Virus record (IMG/VR): IMGVR_UViG_3300048851_000230 | Location: 1-32,949 of that record | Reading direction: 5' to 3' (one strand) | From: a virus | Taxonomy: Duplodnaviria; Caudoviricetes | Length of the DNA stretch: 32,949 bases | Shown: piece after piece, positions 7,212 to 16,098 of the stretch | How the letters are laid out: the number at the start of each line of letters is the position of its first letter | Numbering within the stretch: position 1 is the stretch's first letter | The notes under the pieces: model-generated | What the model saw: only the letters and a program-made list of their open reading frames with translations | What the model was told of the DNA's origin: nothing | Databases searched by the model: none | Translations under genes and position numbers: made by a program

Positions 7212-7492
7212 GCGACATCGATACCCTCGACCGTGTGTCGAACAGCAACAGCGCGATTATCGACTGCTTTCTCCAGATCAGCCGGGAACGCAAAGTTAAG
7301 GCGCGCAACGTCAACCGCTATCTGGTGTTCGCGCATGACGTGCCATCCCTTAGCGGCGGTTGGCATGATCTACAGGCTACGTCCGATTCTGTCCACGAAG
7401 CACGCATAATCGCTGCACGGTTGTTGAACTATGACCGATATGACCTCGTGTATGTAATCGACCTCACCACGGGTTTTCGGGTTGCGCTGTGA
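7208..7492 (+). CDS. Hypothetical phage protein
   Basis: ATGA overlap at 7208; RYLVFA...SGGWHD...VYVIDL motif resembles a small phage protein family. Confidence 0.65.
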   Translation: MSDIDTLDRVSNSNSAIIDCFLQISRERKVKARNVNRYLVFAHDVPSLSGGWHDLQATSDSVHEARIIAARLLNYDRYDLVYVIDLTTGFRVAL

Positions 7493-7818
7493 CACAAATA
7501 ACCGACGCTACATTGATAGCCATCTTTCGCGACATTGAACATCGCTTAGACGTGTTAGAGGAAGTTGCGCGGCAGCAACACGAGAATGTTTTGATATGCG
7601 ACCGCAATCTGGTGAGCTTCCGTAAGGACGTTGATGCGCGAGACAACGAGGTTACTCGTGCGGTAACAAACATGGCCACCATTGCCGATGCTCAATTAAG
7701 CGACTTACGTGACACGATCCGTGCGGTTGCGGAAGCTTCTAACATTCTATTCGTCTACGAGAAACGGAAGCCAAAGCTTCGAATTGTCACCAAGGATGAT
7801 GGTGGCGACGATGATTAA
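7489..7818 (+). CDS. Hypothetical coiled-coil protein
   Basis: GTGA overlap with the previous gene; heptad-like composition. Confidence 0.65.
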   Translation: MTQITDATLIAIFRDIEHRLDVLEEVARQQHENVLICDRNLVSFRKDVDARDNEVTRAVTNMATIADAQLSDLRDTIRAVAEASNILFVYEKRKPKLRIVTKDDGGDDD

Positions 7819-7984
7819 GGACACGCTGCTTGATTACCTATGGGAGGCCATAGACCGCGCTACAGCAGCAGACTGCTACCACGAGGCCGATCGGGTGACG
7901 CTGCACGCCTTGGCGCTGTCTGTGGCTCTATCAGCCTTGGAGCGGGCGATAGAGGACAAGGTATCGCTTGCCCGATCGTCCTAA
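7811..7984 (+). CDS. Hypothetical protein (57 aa)
   Basis: ATG 7811 overlaps the previous gene end and fills the gap before the HNH gene. Confidence 0.5.
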   Translation: MIKDTLLDYLWEAIDRATAADCYHEADRVTLHALALSVALSALERAIEDKVSLARSS

Positions 7985-8342
7985 GACATACAGTCGCAGG
8001 CCTGCACCCAAGGCCAAGCAGGGTGGCAGCACGACCCTGAGGGATACGAGCGCGGCCTATCAGCGGCAGCGGCTGGCAATCCTCGATGCAGAGACGCTAT
8101 GCCGCTACTGTTTCAACCAAGGCCGTCTCAGTGTGGCTAAGGTGCTGGACCATATCGTCGCGCTATCCTTAGGCGGCAGCAATGACCCGGCTAACCTCGC
8201 GCCTGCGTGTAAGCCGTGCAACGATGCCAAGGGTAAGGACGAACGCGCTTACGCACGCAAGGGCTATGACCTCGCGATGGTGCGGTTCGACCCTGCCCTA
8301 TCCGTCTGGTTCAAGCTTGCGGCGATACCGCGCACGTCTTGA
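7968..8342 (+). CDS. Terminase-associated HNH endonuclease (HK97 gp74-like)
   Basis: LCRYC..VLDHIVAL..GG.ND..NL...CKPCN pattern, upstream of the cos-like region and TerS. Confidence 0.85.
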   Translation: MPDRPKTYSRRPAPKAKQGGSTTLRDTSAAYQRQRLAILDAETLCRYCFNQGRLSVAKVLDHIVALSLGGSNDPANLAPACKPCNDAKGKDERAYARKGYDLAMVRFDPALSVWFKLAAIPRTS

Positions 8343-8625
8343 AAGCTTTCTTCTCACCGAACGCGCCACGTTGTTCGATCATCGTCCCGGTTTCGGTTGG
8401 TGTCAGGGTCAACGAAGTTTGGAAGTGGTTGAACACTGAGTAGCCGATGATGGTTCGTTGTCCGTCATGAACTACGCGAGTGTCGCCACTGGTTGCGTTC
8501 AACACCAGACACTGTTCGAGTTCAGCGACAGGCTTAGTGGCAACGTATGTTGCCTTAAGCTTATGTGTTAGCATCTCGGGAAGGCTGGTGTTTCCCATAG
8601 ACAGCGCGATAACCAGTAACAACAT
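8311..8625 (-). CDS. Putative exported accessory (moron) protein
   Basis: SD GGAGG, hydrophobic N-terminus, two Cys; oriented opposite to the flanking phage genes. Confidence 0.6.
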   Translation of the reverse strand: MLLLVIALSMGNTSLPEMLTHKLKATYVATKPVAELEQCLVLNATSGDTRVVHDGQRTIIGYSVFNHFQTSLTLTPTETGTMIEQRGAFGEKKAFKTCAVSPQA

Positions 8626-8840
8626 GACGACCTCCAGAGCGTGGTATCTCTCCAGCTAATTATTCGAGCAAGCGAAATCGGCGGACGTGCAGCGCGCGAG
8701 CGATGTAGACTAAATAAAGATACGGATCGTTGGGTCAGATGTCGCGCGCTGGCTATGGTTGAGATTTCAACGCAAGGTGGCGGTTAGAGTCCGCCTCACC
8801 CTGCGATCGAGGCACCATCTGAAGCACTATCGTTGCTCCA

Positions 8841-8925
8841 GAGGGGGCGGGGTTGAATCATAATAACAGCCCTATTCCCCCTACCGCAGCCCCACTTTTT
8901 ACACGCATATGCGAATCAAAATCCG
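8841..8925. other. Putative cos/packaging-initiation region
   Basis: GAGGGGGCGGGGTTGAATC...CCCC...TTTTTACACGC...GAA..AAAAT between HNH and TerS, the layout I associate with HK97-like cos regions. Cut site not identifiable. Confidence 0.5.
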
Positions 8926-8928
8926 GGT

Positions 8929-8950
8929 CTCCAGCTAAATACCGGATGCA
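8929..8950 (+). repeat. 22-bp direct repeat CTCCAGCTAAATACCGGATGCA (second copy 20696-20717)
   Basis: Exact match spanning the TAAATA element and start codon of both genes. Confidence 0.9.
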
Positions 8951-9353
8951 AGCTGGACGTAAGCCAAAGACTGTCGCGCAAAAGCGCCTAAGCAACACCC
9001 TACAACCGTGTCGGGACGGCGCTAAAGTCGCGCTCGCGATCATTCCTGCCAACGCTCCAACCGCACCAGACTGGATTACCGATGGTGCACGTGAAGTGTG
9101 GACGGCAGATGTTAAGCGCGCCGTTGGAATGGGTCTGGCGGAAGTCGATCAATCGATGTTCGCGCTTTATTGCGAAACGATGGCGTCGTTCATCGCGAGC
9201 GTAAAGGATGGCGCGGTTCCGAACGCGGCCTTCCGCAGTGAACTCCGCAAGCAGATGGAATTGCTCGGCATCGCAGGCGCTAAGTCTCGACTGGCCAAAG
9301 TCGCGAGCAACGAACCAGCAAAACCGTCACCCTATAGCGTCCGCCCTAAGTAA
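8946..9353 (+). CDS. terS: Terminase small subunit (P27-like)
   Basis: MQAGRKPKT..KRL..AP.W....AREVW..D..MFALYCE..LG...SR pattern, directly upstream of TerL; ATG 4 nt after TAAATA. Confidence 0.85.
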   Translation: MQAGRKPKTVAQKRLSNTLQPCRDGAKVALAIIPANAPTAPDWITDGAREVWTADVKRAVGMGLAEVDQSMFALYCETMASFIASVKDGAVPNAAFRSELRKQMELLGIAGAKSRLAKVASNEPAKPSPYSVRPK

Positions 9354-9356
9354 CAG

Positions 9357-11024
9357 GTGCGACTTAAAAAAGATTCCTACGCTTGGACTGCTATCGACTA
9401 CGCTAAACGGGTTGTAAGTGGTAAGATTGACGCTTGTTTGCAGGTCAAACAGGCCTGCGAACGCACGTTACAGGACCTTAAACGGGACGATTTGACGTTC
9501 GATAACGACCGTATCGACCACGTTTGCGACTTCGCGAGCAACCTACCGCACGTCATCGGCCCCTTAAGCGGGACAAATATCCGCTTAGAGCCGTTCCAAA
9601 TCTACATTCTGGCCAACCTTTTCGGCTTTCTCGACAAGCAAACAGGCCTGAGAAAGTATCGCGAAGCGTTCATTCTGCTACCGCGTGGCTCTGCTAAGTC
9701 CACATTGGCCAGCATTCTCGCGCTCTACATGACGTTCTGTGAAGCGCAGGGCGGAGCCGAAGGCTACAGCGGCGCTACCAGCCTTGCACAGGCTAACAAG
9801 GTATTCGAACCCGCCCGCATGATGGTGCAGCGGACGCCAGCACTGGCGGAAGCGCTCGGCTTGGAAGTCGCGGCGCGCTCGATCTATCAGGTAGAGACTG
9901 GTTCGCGGTTCTCGCCTGTCATCGCCAACACCAAAGACGGCGATATCCCTTGGATCGCGATTTGTGACGAATTGCACCAAGCAAAAAACGGCGTGCAGCT
10001 TGCGGCCTTCAGAACCGGGATGGGTAAGCGACGTGGTAGCGACCCGCTGTTGCTTATCATCTCGACAGCCGGGACAAACGTGGCTGGCGTATGCCGACAG
10101 GAACAGCTTTACTTCGAATCCGTGCTTAATGGCACGCTTAAGGACGATTCCAAATTCGCTTTGATCTACACAATCGATAAGGACGATGATTGGAAAGACT
10201 TTAAGGTATGGCGCAAGGCTAATCCTGCTTTCGGGATATCGGTAGACGAGGCGCATCTTAAGCGCGAGTATGATAAAGCTTTGCAGTCACCATCTGCGCA
10301 GGCGGATTGTCTAACCAAATACCTTAATGTCTGGTGCAACACCGCCACTGGTTGGCTGAATATGAAGCATTGGACGGCAGCGGCAGACCCTGCGTTTGTC
10401 ATCCCGAACGGTTCTATCGTTTGGCTTGGTGTCGATCTCTCGACCAAGACGGACATTACCGCGCTGTGTCTGTGCTGGATCGGTCCGGACGGTCGTAAAG
10501 GTTTCATCCCTTATCTGTTCCTCCCGGCTGGTGCTCTGGATCGATCACCGAACGCGAAGGCTTACGCAGACTGGATTGCACGCGGCGCATTGATCCGAAC
10601 CGAAGGCGAAGCGTCCGACCATGAAGTAGTCGAGGCCAAGATACGCGAGCTTTGCGCCACGTATAAGGTCGAGATGATCCTATACGACAGTTGGCAGAGC
10701 GCGAGCATGATGCAGCGCCTTGCGAAAGACGGTCTTAACGTGATGGAGTTTGCGCAGCGTGCGGCGAACTTTAGCGCGCCGATGATCGATTTTGAAGCGG
10801 AGTTGATGAACGGGTCAATCGTGCACAACGATAATCCGGTAATGAACTGGATGGCGTCTAATGCCTCGGTTGCACGTCGCGGTCCGCTAATCACGATCAC
10901 TAAGCCGACTGGCCAAGATGATCTTAAGATCGACGGCATGGTTACGGCGTTGATGGCTTATGCTATGGCTACGAAGGAAGCTCCCGCAGCTTCCGCACCA
11001 GTCGAGTTGTTTTGGCTTGATTAA
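9357..11024 (+). CDS. terL: Terminase large subunit (HK97-like)
   Basis: LEPFQ, Walker A PRGSAKST, Walker B ICDELH, ISTAG, KANP, nuclease GVDLS..D and KIDG; GTG start. Confidence 0.95.
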   Translation: MRLKKDSYAWTAIDYAKRVVSGKIDACLQVKQACERTLQDLKRDDLTFDNDRIDHVCDFASNLPHVIGPLSGTNIRLEPFQIYILANLFGFLDKQTGLRKYREAFILLPRGSAKSTLASILALYMTFCEAQGGAEGYSGATSLAQANKVFEPARMMVQRTPALAEALGLEVAARSIYQVETGSRFSPVIANTKDGDIPWIAICDELHQAKNGVQLAAFRTGMGKRRGSDPLLLIISTAGTNVAGVCRQEQLYFESVLNGTLKDDSKFALIYTIDKDDDWKDFKVWRKANPAFGISVDEAHLKREYDKALQSPSAQADCLTKYLNVWCNTATGWLNMKHWTAAADPAFVIPNGSIVWLGVDLSTKTDITALCLCWIGPDGRKGFIPYLFLPAGALDRSPNAKAYADWIARGALIRTEGEASDHEVVEAKIRELCATYKVEMILYDSWQSASMMQRLAKDGLNVMEFAQRAANFSAPMIDFEAELMNGSIVHNDNPVMNWMASNASVARRGPLITITKPTGQDDLKIDGMVTALMAYAMATKEAPAASAPVELFWLD

Positions 11025-11036
11025 GCTAAATAAACG

Positions 11037-12284
11037 ATGGGCCTATTCTCAGCATTCAAAGACACGTTCGGCGTAGTCGAGTTCAAAGCTAACGAACTAA
11101 TCATCCCGCAATCGACAGTTGCGGAAATTCACGACGACATTAGCTCGGCTATGGACGGTCCGACTTCGGTAACCGTTTCCGCTGTTGTCGCTTGTGCACG
11201 CGTAATCGCGGAAGGCCTTGCGCTTCCGCCATGCTCTGTCGATCAACTTAACGCGACAGGCGGCAAGACCGCCGCGATGGATCATCCGCTTTACGACTTG
11301 CTTACGCCAAGTGGCACCGGACCGAATAAGCTGCAAACTGCGTTCGAGTTCAAGGAAATGAACGGTCTGCACGCTGCACTTACGGGCGATGCTTTCTCTT
11401 TCATCAATCGTTCACGTCGCAAGCCTTTCGAGATTTTAGAGCTTATCCCGATCGATCCCGCAACGGTTACGATCGTCGCCAGCAGCACGCTTGGTGAACC
11501 CGTTTCTTATCTAATTGGCGGCACTCGCTTCGCTCCCGATGTCATATTCCATTTTAAGGGACCGTCCTACTACAGCCACACGGGTATCAACCCGCTTACT
11601 CAGGCACGAACCGCAATCGGTCTGGCCTGTGCAGCAGAGACGTTCGGCGCGAACCTGTTTAAGAACGGCGCGCGTCCCGGTGGTATCGTTGGTGTTAACG
11701 GCACTGTGTCACCGGAACAGTTAGAGGCCATCCGCACAGCATGGAATGGGCGTGGGCGCGGCCTCGCGAACGCGCACTCCACCGCCTTTCTTCCTGCCGA
11801 TGTCAGTTACACGCCGCTGGCCTCTACCGCCAACGATGCACAGTGGATTGAGACGCGCCGATTCCAGATCGAAGATGTTTGCCGCTACTTCCGCGTCTCA
11901 CCAACGAAGGTCTTTCAGGCCTTGGGTTCACAGTCTTACGCGAGCGTCGAACAAGCGCATATCGCGCACGACCAAGACACGGACGCTCTGTGGCATGAAC
12001 GCTTCGTGCAGGCGGCTAATAAGCAGCTTCTAACGAAGGCCGAACGTGCGTCTGGCCTGCGCATTACGCTGGACAATCGGGCTGCACTACGCGGCACAGC
12101 GGTCGAACGTATGACCTATTACCAGCTTGGTATTTCGAACGGCGTATTCACTCGCAACGAAGTTCGCGAGATGGAGGGTTTCGACCGCATTGACGACGCC
12201 AGCGCGGACACGTTGACGCCAGCCGCTAATCTGTTTGGTCCATCGTCTACGCCAAGCGTCACTCCGGACACCCCATCTGACTAA
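11037..12284 (+). CDS. Portal protein (HK97 family)
   Basis: VVACARVIAE.LA.P, PN..QT.FEF, FKNGARPGG, DAQWIETRRFQ..DVCR.F, TRNEVR.ME motifs. Confidence 0.95.
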   Translation: MGLFSAFKDTFGVVEFKANELIIPQSTVAEIHDDISSAMDGPTSVTVSAVVACARVIAEGLALPPCSVDQLNATGGKTAAMDHPLYDLLTPSGTGPNKLQTAFEFKEMNGLHAALTGDAFSFINRSRRKPFEILELIPIDPATVTIVASSTLGEPVSYLIGGTRFAPDVIFHFKGPSYYSHTGINPLTQARTAIGLACAAETFGANLFKNGARPGGIVGVNGTVSPEQLEAIRTAWNGRGRGLANAHSTAFLPADVSYTPLASTANDAQWIETRRFQIEDVCRYFRVSPTKVFQALGSQSYASVEQAHIAHDQDTDALWHERFVQAANKQLLTKAERASGLRITLDNRAALRGTAVERMTYYQLGISNGVFTRNEVREMEGFDRIDDASADTLTPAANLFGPSSTPSVTPDTPSD

Positions 12285-12291
12285 ATAAAAG

Positions 12292-12942
12292 ATGGAAAAG
12301 AAGTCCCTTAATAGCGTCGAGGTTAAGTTCGCTACAACCGATGACGAGACGATGACCTTCGAAGGTTATGGCGCGGTCTATAAGAACATCGATGCCTACG
12401 GGGATGCTATCGCACCCGGCGCGTTCAAATCTACTCTACGTAGCCACAAGTCCGCAGGCACCCTACCCGCCATGTTGCTTAATCACGATGCGGGTTCGCT
12501 TCCGATTGGCGTTTGGACTGATATGTCTGAGGACGAATACGGGCTTAAGGCATCTGGTAAGTTTCTAAACACGCAGTCTGGTCGAGACGCTTACACAGCG
12601 GTCAAGGCTGGTGCGATTGGCGGTCTGTCGATCGGATACCGTGTTAGCGACTTTTCGTTGGGTAAGTCGCTGGACGATCCCCGTAGAACGATCAAGTCTG
12701 CCGAGCTTCACGAAGTGTCGGTAGTTACGTTCCCCGCGAATGATCTCGCGCGCGTGTCGTCGGTGAAGTCGATCGAACTTGATCCTATCGACGTGCTTCT
12801 AAGCTTTGGAATGACGCTGGACGAAGCAAAGAGTTTCGTCATGCGCATCTCTCAGCCCCTCGAAGCTAAATATAATCAAGCGGTTCTTAGAGCCGCAATA
12901 AACTTTGTTGCAACAACCAAGGAGAGCAATGGAAAACTTTGA
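12292..12942 (+). CDS. Prohead maturation protease (HK97 family)
   Basis: FEGYGAV, LLNHD, PIGVW, GLSIGY, LHEVSVVTFPAN. Confidence 0.95.
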   Translation: MEKKSLNSVEVKFATTDDETMTFEGYGAVYKNIDAYGDAIAPGAFKSTLRSHKSAGTLPAMLLNHDAGSLPIGVWTDMSEDEYGLKASGKFLNTQSGRDAYTAVKAGAIGGLSIGYRVSDFSLGKSLDDPRRTIKSAELHEVSVVTFPANDLARVSSVKSIELDPIDVLLSFGMTLDEAKSFVMRISQPLEAKYNQAVLRAAINFVATTKESNGKL

Positions 12943-14080
12943 CGAACAGATGCAGTCGCTTGTAAAAGAACTGCGCTCCACTCAGGAGGCAAATGAACTT
13001 AAGCGCGACACTCTGCTTGAAGAGAAGTTGACGCGCCTGAACGACGCTATCAGCGATGCTGAGACTAAGGCGCGTGAAATCGAGACTGCCGCTGGTCGTC
13101 CTTCGATTGGCGCAACTGGTGTCAACGAGGATGAAGCTAAGTCCGCGTTCCTTAACTTCGCACGCAGCGGTAACGACGCTGAAATCAAGGCTATGTCGGC
13201 ATCAGTCCCGGCTGAAGGCGGAATCACGGTTCCTAAGGTCATCGCTAACTCGATTCAGTCGCTGCTTATCGATATCTCGCCTATCCGCCAGATCGCCAAC
13301 GTAGTCAGCACGACCACGCCCGACCTGCATATCCCGTTCAACGCTGGTGGCACTGCATCGGTCTGGACTGGTGAAAAGACTGCACGCACTGAGACTGCCG
13401 CACCGTCGATGGTTGATGTCGCGATCCCGTTCGGTGAGCTTTCCGCAATGCCGCTGGTTACTCAGCAGCTTTTGGAAGATTCGTATTTCGATATCGAAGC
13501 GTTTTTGCAGGGTGAAGTCGCCACGGAATTCGCCCGCGCTGAAGGCGCTGCGTTCGTTAACGGCACCGGCGTAAGTCAGCCTAAGGGCTTCCTGTCCTAC
13601 ACGACCGCCGCTACTGCTGACACCGCCCGCGCATTCGGCACGATCCAGCATCTTGCCACTGGCGGCGCTGGCACGGCACCGACTGCCGATCACCTCACCG
13701 CGCTTATCTTCCTGCTTAAGGCTGGTTACCGCGCTGGTTCGGTGTTCGTTATGTCGCGCGCTATGCTCGGTTCGGTTCGCGGTCTTAAGGACTCGACGGG
13801 TCGCTTCCTTTGGGAACAGTCGATGCAGGCTGGCACGCCTTCCACGTTGCTCGGTTATCCGGTCTACGAAGCGGAAGATATGCCCGCTGTTGGGACTAAT
13901 GCGTATCCCGTCGCATTCGGCAACTTCAAGGCCGGTTACACGATCGCAGATCGCGTTGGCCTCTCGGTTCTTCGTGATCCGTATTCGAATAAGCCTTACG
14001 TTTCGTTCTACACGCGCAAGCGTTTGGGCGGCGCGGTTGTCGATTCTTCGGCAATCAAGCTTATCAAGTGCTCGGCATAA
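12929..14080 (+). CDS. Major capsid protein (HK97 fold, N-terminal delta domain)
   Basis: SD AAGGAG before ATG 12929; coiled-coil N-terminus; GGITVP, AF.NGTG..QPKG, LKD..GR.LW, LLGYPV, FGNF..GY.I.DR. Confidence 0.95.
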   Translation: MENFDEQMQSLVKELRSTQEANELKRDTLLEEKLTRLNDAISDAETKAREIETAAGRPSIGATGVNEDEAKSAFLNFARSGNDAEIKAMSASVPAEGGITVPKVIANSIQSLLIDISPIRQIANVVSTTTPDLHIPFNAGGTASVWTGEKTARTETAAPSMVDVAIPFGELSAMPLVTQQLLEDSYFDIEAFLQGEVATEFARAEGAAFVNGTGVSQPKGFLSYTTAATADTARAFGTIQHLATGGAGTAPTADHLTALIFLLKAGYRAGSVFVMSRAMLGSVRGLKDSTGRFLWEQSMQAGTPSTLLGYPVYEAEDMPAVGTNAYPVAFGNFKAGYTIADRVGLSVLRDPYSNKPYVSFYTRKRLGGAVVDSSAIKLIKCSA

Positions 14081-14105
14081 GAACCGATCATCTTCGATGA
14101 CTAAC

Positions 14106-14133
14106 AGGGCGGGTCGAAAGACCTGCCCTTTTT
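14106..14133 (+). terminator. Intrinsic terminator after the capsid gene
   Basis: AGGGCGGGTC-GAAA-GACCTGCCCT followed by a T run. Confidence 0.85.
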
Positions 14134-14152
14134 AGTTCCAGCTAAATAGAAA

Positions 14153-14455
14153 ATGGAAATCCTTAAAGACGCTGAAATTCAGGAATGGCTACGCATCGAT
14201 AGTGGTCGTGATGTTGCTACGATCTCGATGCTTGAATCATCGGCAATCGATATTGTCGAACACGAGACTGGTCTAATCCTTCGCCCGTTTACCGATGTTC
14301 TCGGTGTAATCGTTAAACCAACGGTCCCGGCAAGCCTTAAGCACGCCATAGCCTTGCTGGTTGGCGCTAACTTTGATGATCGTGCGGGCGCTACTGGCGA
14401 TGCGATGACGGCTGCGAAGCGCCTGTGCGCTCCCTTCCGCGTGTGGGCTCTGTGA
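14153..14455 (+). CDS. Head-tail connector (HK97 gp6-like)
   Basis: WLRID...D..I...SA...VE..TG and VP.SLK.AI.LLV...F..R motifs; position after capsid. Confidence 0.9.
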   Translation: MEILKDAEIQEWLRIDSGRDVATISMLESSAIDIVEHETGLILRPFTDVLGVIVKPTVPASLKHAIALLVGANFDDRAGATGDAMTAAKRLCAPFRVWAL

Positions 14456-14811
14456 AGATTGACGCGGGCAAGCTCGATCGGCGCTTGGAAATCCTCACAC
14501 GTAGCAGCCAAGGCACCGGACCATCCGTGCAGGACAGCTTAGGGCAGCTACAGGACACCGTAGGGCAGGTGCAGGACACTTGGACCTCCGCTGGCACAAC
14601 GTATGGCCAGCGGCTCGAATTGCGCACCAGTGACGCCGCAAGGGCCGGTAGCCGGGACACGTTTGCTGTCTCTCGGTTCCTCATTCGCTACCGCGCGATC
14701 GACACCACGGCACGCGTCCGGGTGGACGGCAAGCTATACGACATCCTGTCCATCGATGAACCCGACCGTCGCGAAACCCTCGTGCTTACGGTCGAGGAGG
14801 TGGACCAGTGA
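14452..14811 (+). CDS. Head closure / head-tail adaptor
   Basis: AGKLDRR, F.IRY, RV..DGK.YDI; GTGA overlap at 14452. Confidence 0.9.
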   Translation: MKIDAGKLDRRLEILTRSSQGTGPSVQDSLGQLQDTVGQVQDTWTSAGTTYGQRLELRTSDAARAGSRDTFAVSRFLIRYRAIDTTARVRVDGKLYDILSIDEPDRRETLVLTVEEVDQ

Positions 14812-15257
14812 GTGGTCTAACCGTCAGTGTGAACGGCCTTGCTGGACTTCAAGCGCGCCTGTCAAACCTGTCGCGCGAGCAACAGACCAAGCTCGGGCAG
14901 GCCGCTAACCGCGCTGGTGCAGCCGTAGTCGCGAAGAAAGTCAAAGCAGCGGCACCGGTCTCCAGTGTTCCGGAAGGCGCTGTTCGTAATCGTCACACTA
15001 AGGGCGGCACTACGCGACAGGAAATCCATCACAAGATTTCTAATTCGATCAAGGTCAAAAAGGCCAAGTCGAACGATCCCACCAAGGTTGTTAATTCGAT
15101 CGTCGCAGAGACTTACACCGCGAATTTCGTCGAATGGGGAAGCATTCACAACGCACCAAATCCGTTCATGCGCAACGCATTCGATCAGGCACAACCAGAG
15201 GCAATCGCGCAACTCGCTAAAATATTGAACAAGCGCCTTATGAAAGTAGGCCAGTAA
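14808..15257 (+). CDS. HK97 gp10-like neck protein
   Basis: V.GL..L...L, FVEWGS..AP.PFMR.AF. Confidence 0.9.
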   Translation: MSGLTVSVNGLAGLQARLSNLSREQQTKLGQAANRAGAAVVAKKVKAAAPVSSVPEGAVRNRHTKGGTTRQEIHHKISNSIKVKKAKSNDPTKVVNSIVAETYTANFVEWGSIHNAPNPFMRNAFDQAQPEAIAQLAKILNKRLMKVGQ

Positions 15258-15625
15258 TGATCGAAGAGAACTTAGTAGCACGAATTAAGACTATAGCGGC
15301 TAACGTCTACCCGATCGTTGCACCTAAGGCTTTTCAGCGCCCGTGTGTTGTCTACAACCGCATCGGGACGAACCAAATTCGTTCGCTTGATCCAGCCACG
15401 GGCGGCGACGAAGCGGCTTTCGTCACGTTCCAAATTGACGTGTATTCCGCCAGCTTTCTGGAAGCTAAGACGCTTGCACGTAAGATTAAGCGCAACCTCG
15501 TTGTGTGGTCCGAAGAGGACGTTCAAACTACACAATATATTAACGAGGTATCGAGCGTAGATAACACCACAGAGACAGCGCTTTACCGGGTCATGACTGT
15601 GTTTGAAATCTTCTGCGCAGACTAA
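15257..15625 (+). CDS. Tail terminator/completion protein (DUF3168-like)
   Basis: VYP..AP....P.VVY, FQIDVY; TAATG coupling to the previous gene. Confidence 0.85.
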   Translation: MIEENLVARIKTIAANVYPIVAPKAFQRPCVVYNRIGTNQIRSLDPATGGDEAAFVTFQIDVYSASFLEAKTLARKIKRNLVVWSEEDVQTTQYINEVSSVDNTTETALYRVMTVFEIFCAD

Positions 15626-15638
15626 CGCACGCTCTGGA

Positions 15639-15677
15639 TAAATAACTCCTGATAACACATCAGGAGTATTTTCTAAC
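15639..15677 (+). promoter_or_regulatory. TAAATA plus RBS-occluding hairpin before the tail tube gene
   Basis: TAAATA 15639-15644; ACTCCTGAT (15645-15653) pairs with ATCAGGAGT (15659-15667), which contains the SD AGGAG. Confidence 0.7.
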
Positions 15678-16097
15678 ATGGCTACAGCAGCAATTGCTTC
15701 CGCAGGAGCAACCGTCAAGATCAAGGCTGGTTCGACGGGCACTTTGACCTTGATTAAGGGTCTTAACGACTTTTCCGGCATCGGTGGTGGTTCTGCCGCT
15801 GTAATCGATGTTACCGACCTCGACTCGACCGCAAAGGAGAAGTTGATGGGCGTAAAGGACGAAGGTTCGATTACGCTTAACTTTAACTACATCGCAGCCG
15901 ACCCCGGTCAGGTTCTGGCGTTTGGCGCGCGTGATGCTGTCACGCTTTGCAGCTTCGAAATCGCCGTAAAGACGAAGAAGTTCGCATTTGACGGCTACGT
16001 TACGACTGCCGAAGTGTCGGGTGGTGTAGACCAGAAAGTTTCGCTCGGTATGACCGTCGAAATCACTGGTGCAGTTGTGCAGTCGGCGGTCGTCTAA
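15678..16097 (+). CDS. Major tail tube protein
   Basis: IDVT.LDS.AKE...G..D.G and F.GYV motifs; position in the tail operon. Confidence 0.9.
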   Translation: MATAAIASAGATVKIKAGSTGTLTLIKGLNDFSGIGGGSAAVIDVTDLDSTAKEKLMGVKDEGSITLNFNYIAADPGQVLAFGARDAVTLCSFEIAVKTKKFAFDGYVTTAEVSGGVDQKVSLGMTVEITGAVVQSAVV

Positions 16098-16098
16098 G

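Noticed and set aside
9680-9705. TerL Walker A reads RGSAKST rather than GxGK(S/T)
   Set aside because: AK(S/T) variants occur in HK97-like terminases and the other motifs are intact.
1352-16098. Longer ORF-track starts at 1352, 7163, 7709, 8853, 12905, 14425 and 16069
   Set aside because: Downstream starts (1406, 7208, 7811, 8946, 12929, 14452, 16099) fit the SD, coupling or TAAATA spacing and the family N-termini better.
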